From positions 1-38,821 of the forward strand of contig JACPRL010000183.1 in assembly GCA_016189965.1 (NCBI GenBank): a stretch of 38,821 bases of DNA, given 5' to 3'. This DNA comes from Acidobacteriota bacterium. Its GTDB lineage: Bacteria; Acidobacteriota; Terriglobia; Acidiferrales; 2-02-FULL-67-57. The notes under the pieces are model-generated. The model saw nothing but the letters and a program-made list of their open reading frames with translations, ran no database searches and had not been told where the DNA came from. Numbering within the stretch: position 1 is the first letter of the stretch; the number at the start of each line of letters is the position of its first letter. The translations under genes and the position numbers were made by a program. Positions 1 through 7,037 of this stretch are shown here, in pieces.

Positions 1-32
1 CCGCTGATTGCTGACCGCTGACTGCTTCCCCG

Positions 33-848
33 TCAGGCGAGGAAGCGCTGGACGTAAGGGTCGCGGGCGGCGAGGAGTTCGCCGGGGGTGCCGGCGAAGT
101 AGATTTGCCCGTTGCGCAGCAGCAGGAAGCGGGTGCCGGGAGCCTGGGCGACGCCGTCGCTCGAGGCGGGCTGGAGCGTGCCGGAGTCCTCGTCGTAAAC
201 GTGGCCGGTGAGCGTGAAGGCGTCTTGCAGGCGATGGGTGACGAAGAGCGCGGAGGTCTGCCGGGTGTCGCGCAGGCGGAGGATGAGGGTGAGGATGGTG
301 AGCGCGGTGACGGGGTCGAGCCCGGCGGTGGGCGAGTCGTAGAGCATCACGCGCGGCTCGGTGATCAGCGCACGGGCCAGCCCCACGCGCCGCTTCATCC
401 CCCCCGAAAGCTCGGCGGGCATCTTCCAGATGGCGTCTTCCAGCCCGACGAAGCACAGCACCTCGCGGACGCGGCGCTCGATCTCTTCGTCGGAGAAGTC
501 GGCCTCGCCGTGCGCGGTCTCTTCCAGCAGGCGGTAGGCGACGTTTTCATAGACGGTAAGCGAGTCGAAAAGCGCCATCTCCTGGAAAACGATGCCGAGC
601 TCGGCGCGCAAGGGGAAGAGCTGCTCTTCCTCAAGGTCCGTGATGTCCTGCCCGAGGACGTAGATGTGGCCGCGGTCGGGCTTGAGCAGGCCGAGGGTCA
701 GCTTGAGGAGGAGCGTCTTGCCCGCGCCGGTGGCGCCCAGCAGCACAATCGTTTCGCCGCGCCCGAGCACGAAGCTGACCTCGCGCAGAACTTCGTTTCC
801 GCCGAAGCCCAGCCCCACGCGCTCAAAACGCACAACCTCGTTATTCAC
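33..848 (-). CDS. mlaF: ABC transporter ATP-binding protein, MlaF/Mkl-like
   Basis: 271-aa ORF with Walker A GATGAGKT, ABC signature LSGGMKRRVGLARAL and Walker B VMLYDSPTAGLD. Lies directly downstream of an MlaE-type permease. Confidence 0.9.
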   Translation of the reverse strand: MNNEVVRFERVGLGFGGNEVLREVSFVLGRGETIVLLGATGAGKTLLLKLTLGLLKPDRGHIYVLGQDITDLEEEQLFPLRAELGIVFQEMALFDSLTVYENVAYRLLEETAHGEADFSDEEIERRVREVLCFVGLEDAIWKMPAELSGGMKRRVGLARALITEPRVMLYDSPTAGLDPVTALTILTLILRLRDTRQTSALFVTHRLQDAFTLTGHVYDEDSGTLQPASSDGVAQAPGTRFLLLRNGQIYFAGTPGELLAARDPYVQRFLA

Positions 849-864
849 CGCCGCCTCGCGCTCC

Positions 865-1659
865 TCACCAACCCATTACCTCATTGAGGCGCAGCACCAC
901 CTTGGTGACGAAGAGGTTGACCACCAGAATGAGCACCGAGGCCGTCACCACCGCCTGCGTGGTGGCGCGCCCGACGCCCTGGGTGCCGCCGCGCGCGGTC
1001 AACCCGTAGTAGCAGCCCACCAAGGAAAGGATGAAGCCGAAAACGAAGGGCTTCACCAGCCCCTGCAGCGCGTCGCCGAACTCAATCGCCATGTAGGCCC
1101 GTGTCCAGTACTGCGTCGGGTTCAGCCGAATGACGAAATTCGACACCACCACCCCGCCCACCAGCCCGACGAAGTCGCCGATGATGGTGAGCAGCGGCAG
1201 CATCAGCACCGTGGCCACCACGCGCGGGATGACCAGCTTCTTCAGCGGGTCGGTCCCCAGCGCGCGCATGGCGTCAATCTGCTCGCTCACCAGCATCGAG
1301 CCCAACTCGCTGGCGATGCCGCTCGACACCCGCCCGGACACCAGCAGCGCGATGACCACCGGCCCGATCTCCCGCACCAGCGCCAGCGAGACCACGTCGC
1401 CCGTCAGCCCCGGCGAGCCGAAGCGCACGAACTGGTCGGCAATCTGCAGCACCAGCACCGCCCCGATGAAAAACGACGCCAGCACCACGATGGGCAGCGA
1501 ACCCACCCCGATGAGGTCCATCTGCGCGAAGGTGTCGGTCAGGTAGCGCGGCCGCGCCAGCACGTTGCGCATCGTGCGCCAGCCCAGCAGGGTGAACTCC
1601 TGCACGGCCAGAATTTTCTCTTTCAGCAGGTCGTTGAGCATCGCTACCGGGCTCGCCAT
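865..1659 (-). CDS. mlaE: ABC transporter permease, MlaE family
   Basis: ORF 865..1800 trimmed to the Met at 1659 (MASPVAMLNDLL...). Multi-TM protein with LVREIGPV and SELGSM..SEQIDAMRALG motifs. The 47 upstream codons (MFHVKH...) run through parS and T-rich repeats and are unlikely to be coding. Confidence 0.85.
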   Translation of the reverse strand: MASPVAMLNDLLKEKILAVQEFTLLGWRTMRNVLARPRYLTDTFAQMDLIGVGSLPIVVLASFFIGAVLVLQIADQFVRFGSPGLTGDVVSLALVREIGPVVIALLVSGRVSSGIASELGSMLVSEQIDAMRALGTDPLKKLVIPRVVATVLMLPLLTIIGDFVGLVGGVVVSNFVIRLNPTQYWTRAYMAIEFGDALQGLVKPFVFGFILSLVGCYYGLTARGGTQGVGRATTQAVVTASVLILVVNLFVTKVVLRLNEVMGW

Positions 1660-1720
1660 CGGCGTCGGGCGATTCTCCCTTGCGCCCCCAGCCAAGTCAA
1701 GAAAACCCGCCACCCCAAAG

Positions 1721-1760
1721 CGGAAAGGCGAAAAGGGAAAATAGAAAAGAGAAAATCGGC
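1721..1760 (-). repeat. T-rich 7-bp-periodic repeat array (reverse-orientation copy)
   Basis: The reverse complement reads gccgattttctcttttctattttcccttttcgcctttccgc. It shares the ttctattttc / ttttcgcYtttc core with the copies at 1854 and 4711. Confidence 0.7.
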
Positions 1761-1783
1761 CCACCCCCCCACCGCCTCCCCGG

Positions 1784-1799
1784 TGTTTCACGTGAAACA
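1784..1799. promoter_or_regulatory. parS: parS centromere-like site (ParB binding site)
   Basis: TGTTTCACGTGAAACA is a perfect 16-bp palindrome identical to the chromosomal parS consensus tGTTNCACGTGAAACa. It is intergenic between mlaE and the next gene. Confidence 0.85.
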
Positions 1800-1853
1800 A
1801 TTGTCCGGCCAGTCGTGGTATCGTGGCGGCTTCGCAAACGGGGGCTCTGCTTT

Positions 1854-1896
1854 TGCCTCTTTTCTATTTTCTGATTTCTATTTTCGCTTTTCGTCG
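1854..1896 (+). repeat. T-rich 7-bp-periodic repeat array (TTTCTAT-like units)
   Basis: gcctcttttctattttctgatttctattttcgcttttcgtcgc. About five units of TTTCKMT. Forms an inverted partner of 1721..1760 around parS. Confidence 0.7.
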
Positions 1897-1899
1897 CTG

Positions 1900-2406
1900 A
1901 TGCGGGCGTGGGTCTACAAGGTGAACGCGAAGCGCCCGGGGCGCTTCACGGGCTGGCACTTCGAGGAGTACTTCCGCTACCGCGGCCGCCAGCCCTACGA
2001 GATGGGCGGGCGGGAGTGGATTCGCAGCCCGCAGAGCTGGCGCCACCTGCGCCGCGTGCGGCGCGGCGACCTCTACATCTGCTACCAGGCCGACGAGCGG
2101 AGAATCTACGGCCTGGCGCGCGCCGCCACGAACGGCTACGAGTCGCTCCCCGGCTCCGGGATTTTCGATTCGGTGGACTTTGCCCCGCCGCTCCGGGGCG
2201 GCGCGCTGCGGCTCGCCCACCCGGTGAGTGTCGCGCACCCGGCGGCCCGCGAACTCTTCCGCCACCTGCGCGCCTTCACCGTCCCCTCGCGCGGAACGAT
2301 TCACCCGCTCGCCGCGGACGAGCTTCGCGCCCTGCTCCGTTGCCTCAGCGACTTCAACCCCGCCCAGCGCCCCGCCCTTCAGCATTTTCTCCGAAGCTCG
2401 TCTTGA
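1900..2406 (+). CDS. hypothetical protein, possible EVE/PUA-like domain with conserved C-terminal tail
   Basis: ATG at 1900 lies in frame within the long ORF 664..2406. 168 aa, MRAWVYKVNAKRPG...RRGDLYICYQADERRIYGLARA. The pattern resembles EVE/PUA-like domains. The tail RGTIHPLAADELRALLRCLSDFNPAQRPAL is re-encoded at 2935..3024. Confidence 0.6.
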   Translation: MRAWVYKVNAKRPGRFTGWHFEEYFRYRGRQPYEMGGREWIRSPQSWRHLRRVRRGDLYICYQADERRIYGLARAATNGYESLPGSGIFDSVDFAPPLRGGALRLAHPVSVAHPAARELFRHLRAFTVPSRGTIHPLAADELRALLRCLSDFNPAQRPALQHFLRSSS

Positions 2407-2410
2407 GGGC

Positions 2411-2752
2411 CTATCCGGGGGTGATGGCTTGCGCGGGCAGGGCGATGCCGAACAGGCCGGCCAGGATGCCGACGATATACCCCAGGCAGGTCAAGAAAAT
2501 CGTAAGCCAGTTGCTGACGTCCGCCTCCGGGTTCTTCAACTTGAGGTAGAACATGGCGAACATCGAGAACACAAAGGCCAGAGCCACCAAGCCGGAAAAA
2601 ATCAGCGCCACGTAGGTCTTGACCTTTTCCATCGGGGGCAGCGTGTGAACAGACGGCACGACCGTGCCGGTGACGGTCCAGGCGAGAACCAGGATGGCAG
2701 CAACCAAGGCCAATCCCACGAGCAGAAACGCGACCTTCCAGAAGGTAGTCAC
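2411..2752 (-). CDS. small integral membrane protein (about 3 TM), unknown function
   Basis: GTG at 2752 is preceded by GGGAGGA with a 6-nt spacer. 113 aa, hydrophobic (VAFLLVGLALVAAILVLAW, YVALIFSGLVALAFVFSMFAMF, LTIFLTCLGYIVGILAGLFGI). Visibly lower GC than its surroundings. Confidence 0.65.
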   Translation of the reverse strand: MTTFWKVAFLLVGLALVAAILVLAWTVTGTVVPSVHTLPPMEKVKTYVALIFSGLVALAFVFSMFAMFYLKLKNPEADVSNWLTIFLTCLGYIVGILAGLFGIALPAQAITPG

Positions 2753-2801
2753 AGCAATTCCTCCCGCTGCTAGCCGCGAGGGCGGGCTTGATGTTGGGTC
2801 G

Positions 2802-2830
2802 AGCCTACAGCGCCCGACCTGGGGTGTCAA
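2802..2830 (-). promoter_or_regulatory. sigma70-like promoter for the small membrane-protein gene
   Basis: The minus strand reads TTGACA-N17-TAGGCT, about 45 nt upstream of the GTG at 2752. Confidence 0.5.
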
Positions 2831-2934
2831 GGCGACAACCCCGTAGGCGCGCCGAGAGGATTGGAACTGGCGGTTGCATGTTTCCGCGCCCGATTCCTCG
2901 CCTCGGCGCGGTTGCGGGGGCGTTTTAGGGCGAA

Positions 2935-3049
2935 GCGCGGAACGATTCACCCGCTCGCCTCGGACGAACTCCGCGCCCTGATCGCCTGCCTGAGCGCCTT
3001 CAACCCCGCTCAGCGCCCCGCCCTCCTCGCTCTCCTCGAGGGGCCCTAG
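2935..3049 (+). pseudogene. orphan 3' fragment of a paralog of the 1900..2406 gene
   Basis: 2935..3024 matches 2289..2378 at 80/90 nt (hand count, no indels). It encodes RGTIHPLASDELRALIACLSAFNPAQRPAL followed by its own stop at 3047..3049. No matching N-terminal domain lies upstream. Confidence 0.6.
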
Positions 3050-3100
3050 GCTAGCGAACACGACTCGGCAGGAAGCAGTTGGGCAGGAGAACGGAGCGGG

Positions 3101-4147
3101 CTAGCCGCTGAAGACGTAGAAAACGAGGATGAGCATCGCAGTCCCGAACAGAACACCCAAGGCCGGAGAAGCAATCGGGCCGCCCGGCTCGAGCGTGGCC
3201 AGCTTCGGGTTGCGCGGGCAATAATGCACAGGCACAGAAGTGTTGGGCACGTACCGCGCCACCTGGCGTCGCGCCGTCTCCTCCCGCCAGACAAAGTTGC
3301 CCGTGGCAAACGAGACGGTGTCGCCCACGTAGGAGAAGCCTTCGACGCTGTAGCGATAGGTGATTTCCAGCCGGTACCGGGCCAACCCCCCGGTCTCGAC
3401 CACCTCTGAATTAACAATCGTCGCCTCGGTGGTCGGCCACTGCCGACTGGCGTACATCCGAATCAGCATCCGCAGGCCATTAAACCCCACCAGCAGACCA
3501 TAAAAGCCGAAGAACCCCACGGCGAGATACGTAGCAAAGTCCTTCCTCCGCCGTTCCTCGGACCTGGGGCTGATGGCTTCGGCGCGGGCTTCGAGCTGGC
3601 GCGCTTTCGAGCCGGGAAGAAAAGACTTGAGGGGATGTTTCTTCCGCAGCATGGCGGCATAAGTCCGCAGCGTGCCGGCTACCGCGGCGTGCTCCGGGCC
3701 GTATACTTTCTCCTCCACCTCCAGGGCCCAGCGGTAGTAAGTTTCCGCCTGGTCATACTTGCCCCAATAGGTGCAAAGGTCTGCGAGGTAATGCAGACTC
3801 GAGGCCACATCGGGATGCTCCCGCCCCCACAGCCCTTCCCGAACCGCCAAGAGCTCAAGATAAAGCGGCTCGGCCTCGGCGTAGCGTCCCCGGCGCTCGT
3901 AGAAGTAACCGAAGTGAAAGAGGGTGTGGGTCAGAAAGCGGTGGTCAGCGTCCGCGAGCTCGCGCGCCTGCGCCAGTGCCTCTTTGTAATGCTGCTCGGC
4001 CTGCGCCTCGTGCCCTTGGCGGTCGGCCTGCTCGGCGGCGCGGAGGGCTTCGGCCAAGCGACGCTCATCCGCCCCAGCTAGGCGGACAGAGACCGCCAAC
4101 AAGAGAAGTAACAGCAGCACGCGTCTGACCGGGGTTCGGCTGGCCAC
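3101..4147 (-). CDS. TPR-repeat protein with C-terminal DUF3592-like membrane domain
   Basis: GTG at 4147 follows GAGGGCGGAG. Signal or TM segment VRRVLLLLLLLAVSVRLAGA. TPR_12-like repeats (YKEALAQAREL.., AEAEPLYLELLAVRE, YDQAETYYRWALEVEEKVYG). C-terminal part has TM + WPTTEATIV...YRLEITYRYSVEGFSYVGD...VPVHYCPRNPKLATLEP + TM. Confidence 0.7.
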   Translation of the reverse strand: MASRTPVRRVLLLLLLLAVSVRLAGADERRLAEALRAAEQADRQGHEAQAEQHYKEALAQARELADADHRFLTHTLFHFGYFYERRGRYAEAEPLYLELLAVREGLWGREHPDVASSLHYLADLCTYWGKYDQAETYYRWALEVEEKVYGPEHAAVAGTLRTYAAMLRKKHPLKSFLPGSKARQLEARAEAISPRSEERRRKDFATYLAVGFFGFYGLLVGFNGLRMLIRMYASRQWPTTEATIVNSEVVETGGLARYRLEITYRYSVEGFSYVGDTVSFATGNFVWREETARRQVARYVPNTSVPVHYCPRNPKLATLEPGGPIASPALGVLFGTAMLILVFYVFSG

Positions 4148-4158
4148 GCTCCGCCCTC

Positions 4159-4413
4159 TCAGCCGCTTTCGGTTGCGACCCCAGGCCTGGTTCTCCAAAG
4201 GTAGCGGCAACCCCACACCCCACCCCAGCAAATCAGCAGGGCGAAAACAATCCAAAAGTAGTTCCACCAGGAGGCCCCGGTTTCCAACGTCGCGATATCG
4301 GGACTCTCCGGGTTGTAGTGCACGAGTACCGGCTCGCCCACGCGATAACGAGAAACAACCTGGTAGGGGCTCCCCGCAATGATGAAAGCGGCAATCCACT
4401 CGGGCGGCATCAC
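4159..4413 (-). CDS. short DUF3592-like C-terminal fragment protein (possibly truncated)
   Basis: 84 aa. YRVGEPVLVHYNPESPDIATLE followed by a TM segment mirrors the C-terminal half of the downstream gene's DUF3592 part. The N-terminal half is missing. Its stop lies 11 nt before the next start. Confidence 0.5.
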   Translation of the reverse strand: MMPPEWIAAFIIAGSPYQVVSRYRVGEPVLVHYNPESPDIATLETGASWWNYFWIVFALLICWGGVWGCRYLWRTRPGVATESG

Positions 4414-4437
4414 GCAGGGAAACCAACCTTTAATCTC

Positions 4438-4467
4438 ATCCTAAGACCGCGCTGGGGGGCAAGTCAA
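4438..4467 (-). promoter_or_regulatory. sigma70-like promoter for the DUF3592 gene pair
   Basis: The minus strand reads TTGACT-N18-TAGGAT, ending about 25 nt upstream of the ATG at 4413. Confidence 0.45.
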
Positions 4468-4530
4468 TGCGCGCAGGTTTTCTCTTTGCAAACTCTCTCA
4501 GCCCGTGCATCTGCGGTTTCACTTTGCTGG

Positions 4531-4625
4531 TAGTGGGCGTAGCCTTCGGCGAACAGCCGCGACATCGCCACTAGCGACTTCGTGCGGTCCTTGAACAACT
4601 CCGCCAGCCCCAGGAAGCGCTCCGC
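4531..4625 (-). pseudogene. duplicated 3' end of the 7038..7787 gene (orphan fragment)
   Basis: 4531..4625 matches 7039..7133 at 92/95 nt (hand count, constant offset 2508). It encodes ...ERFLGLAELFKDRTKSLVAMSRLFAEGYAH, but the stop TAA is changed to TAC. No upstream coding part is present. Confidence 0.8.
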
Positions 4626-4710
4626 GATTCAGCGTTTTCTCCGCCGCTGATCTCCGTCCTCTCTGTGCCTGCTCCCAGGGTAGTCGAAGAGTGTGCTGCA
4701 CTCATTCCGT

Positions 4711-4756
4711 GTTTCCTCTTTCCCATTTCTATTTTCTATTTTCGCTTTTCCGCTCC
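4711..4756 (+). repeat. T-rich 7-bp-periodic repeat array
   Basis: gtttcctctttcccatttctattttctattttcgcttttccgctcc. Same family as 1854..1896. A shorter relative lies at 20983..21003. Confidence 0.7.
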
Positions 4757-4784
4757 TATCTGTGCCTTCCCGCTTCCGGTTCTC

Positions 4785-4813
4785 TTGACACCCGGAGGTT
4801 CCTCCTTTAACTT
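4785..4813 (+). promoter_or_regulatory. sigma70-like promoter for the cysteine-rich protein gene
   Basis: TTGACA (4785-4790), N17, TAACTT (4808-4813). Followed by a structured leader of about 160 nt and the RBS GGGAGGAG before the ATG at 4976. Confidence 0.5.
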
Positions 4814-4975
4814 GCAGCTACCAAGCGCAAAAGTACGGTCCGACAACGCGTACTTTTCAGCCGGGGAGGTTGAGGCCCAGAGAAGGCGAGAGGCAGGACT
4901 GCTTCTCGCGCCATTCTCCCTTGTGGATGTCTCCCCGGCGCAGGGAAAACCCCTCCTACGCGATGGGAGGAGCCG

Positions 4976-6982
4976 ATGAAGCGGTATACCTTTAGTCTGC
5001 TGCTCTGTTGTCTTGTCGGGGGCGCCCTCGTCCTTGTCGCGGTATTCTCCGCCGCGGCGCAGCGGTCCTCTTGCGGCGGCGAGGGCCAGCGAGCCTGCAC
5101 GATCTCGCCGGCCGCCTACGTGGGCAGGAAACCGAGCGGTTGTCCTGCGGGGAGTTTCTTCGACCCGATTGACTCCGGCACCTGCTGATCCTGCCCGGAG
5201 GGCTACATCCGCTCCGCGGCGCACGTGAAGGCGGCCGACGCTTGCGTCCATCCCCCCTACGAGCAGTTCCGCCGCGCGACCCGCCACGGGCGCGGGACCG
5301 GGCTGCTGCGCACCGACTGCCCCCGCGGCCAGTTCTGGGACCCGAACGGCTACTGCTGGTCGTGCCCGTCCGGATTCCGCCGCACCGGCCATGGGGTCAC
5401 CGACCCACGTGCCTGCGCGCGAATGGTTCCCCCACAAGCGGGGCGCGCCACCTTGGTCAGAACTCTCGCCTGTCCCTCGGGCAGCTTCTTCGACCCGATT
5501 GACGCCGGTACCTGTTGGCACTGCCCCCAGGGCTACATCCGCTCCGCGGCGCACGTGAAGGCCCCCGACGCCTGCGTCACCACCCTGTTGGCCGGTGCCG
5601 CCGCCGAACTGGGAACCTGCCGGGAGGGCACGGTCAATATCGGCGGCACCTGCAGGAAACGTGGCGCCTGCGGCGCCCAGAGCCAGCGGCCGTGCCTGAT
5701 CGGCGAGCGGACGCCTTCCTGCAATCCGGGGGTCCGCGAGGATTTCAAAACCAACCGGTGCGTGCCGCTGCGCCCAGGCGAGACGCCGTTCACTGCCGGC
5801 CTGGCCTCCCTCGCCGACTTCTACAGCGATGGGCTGCGCGCCGCCTGCCAGCAGATGGCCGCGGGGGTGCGCATCGAATCGAGCACTGAACTCGCCGTGG
5901 GCGCCAACTGCTCCAAAGACATCCTGGCGGGCATCGCGTGCGGCTTTCTGGTTGACCAGATGGGCGGCGGCTATGCCTCCGCCGTCAGTGCCATGCTCGG
6001 TTCCGGCGCTACCGCCGTGCAGTTCCAGGCCGCCGTGGGTCGCGCCTACACCGGCAAGTGTTCCCGGTTCGCCGAGCGCCTGAGCCGCGCCCACCGCGGC
6101 GGGCGCGGCGCCGGCCTGTTCGGCACCGACTGCCCCCGCGGACAGTTCTGGGACCCGAACGGTTATTGCTACTCTTGTCCGAAGGGGTTCGAGCGGACGC
6201 TCAACCCGGTGGAGAGCAACGCGGCCTGCGTGGACAAGCTCGGCGGCGAGCTGCTCCGCGCCTCCTGCAGCGTACAAGAGGCCGTCGGTTCCATGTTCGT
6301 CTCGCCGGCTGACTGCTCGATCCAGATGCTCCAGGGCGGCCTCATCGAAGGAGCCCAACTGGATTTCGCCCGCGCTTCCCAGGAGGTCTGCATGGCCACC
6401 GGGGAGTTCATCTACACCTTCATTGACGCGGTGCAGTACGCCACTGCCCAGCCCGAGCGGAGCGCCGAAAAAATCCAGTCCAGCTTGCGCGCCCTGGTCT
6501 CCAAAGTGCAACGCTCACCAGCCTATCGGAGGACGGTGATGGGGGCGAAAGCGGCCAGCACCGCCCTGTCCGGCGCCGACCTGGTTCGCAAGTTGGAGCA
6601 GTTTCCCGCCTGCAGCCAAGCCCTTCCGAGGCCGAGAGCAGGGGCCCCAGGCACCCCGGCTCCCCCACCCCGACCTCCGGAGCGGGCCGATGTCATTACG
6701 ATCCTCAACTACATGAAGGAGCCGGTTAAGGTCTGCGGCTACCGCTCCGGCCAACACCAACCCGTAAAGTGCTTCCTCGTCCCCCCGGGCGAAAGCGCCC
6801 GGTGGGATCGCACCGGCGAGGAGTACCCCTACGATCTCACCGTCCTCACGCCGCCCCCGCCGGGTTCGCGCGTGTTCCAAGGCGGCTGGCTGTGTGGTAT
6901 CCGCGACAGGCGCGAGCCACGCCTGGGGATCCATCCTTCGGAATCCGGAGGTGCCGCGCGCTGCCAGATCAAGCCGCAGTAA
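4976..6982 (+). CDS. secreted cysteine-rich repeat protein, interrupted by an in-frame TGA at 5186..5188 (possible pseudogene or recoding)
   Basis: ORFs 4976..5188 and 5225..6982 are in the same frame. Signal peptide MKRYTFSLLLCCLVGGALVLVAVFSAAAQ. Four copies of the module CPxGxF[FW]DPxxGxC[WY]xCPxG[YF]. The TGA replaces the Trp codon seen in the paralogous module at 5516-5518. Confidence 0.7.
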
Positions 6983-7037
6983 GCGGGACGATGGCCGGTG
7001 CCCGTTTCGGCGCGCGATTTTCCCACGTCTGCCCGGC

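Noticed and set aside
1660-1800. N-terminal extension of mlaE beginning MFHVKHRGGGGG.
   Set aside because: The MFHVKH peptide is simply parS (GTTTCACGTGAAAC) translated, and the rest is the T-rich repeat. The MlaE family start matches the Met at 1659.
664-1899. The 5' 412 codons of the 580-aa plus-strand ORF 664..2406.
   Set aside because: This part is antisense to mlaF/mlaE, with an Arg/His/Pro/Gln-rich nonsense composition. It also runs through parS and the repeat arrays. Only the 1900-2406 part looks protein-like.
5218-5231. Second parS-like half sites GCGCACGTGAAGGC (also at about 5548).
   Set aside because: Only the CACGTGAA core matches, and the palindrome is not completed. They are part of the duplicated coding module (AAHVKA).
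5186-5240. Selenocysteine recoding of the in-frame TGA.
   Set aside because: The paralogous position is Trp, not Cys. Only a trivial 4-bp stem (gccc-gga-gggc) follows the TGA. No sel genes are visible. It remains a formal possibility under the TGA finding.
4736-6511. 591-aa minus-strand ORF antisense to the cysteine-rich gene. Similar long antisense or out-of-frame ORFs occur at 13335-14828, 14747-16216, 18887-19780, 30208-31746, 32723-33976, 36176-37255 and elsewhere.
   Set aside because: Their compositions are Gly/Arg/Ala/Pro-rich and low in complexity, as expected for stop-poor alternative frames in GC-rich DNA. Each overlaps a frame with clear family motifs.
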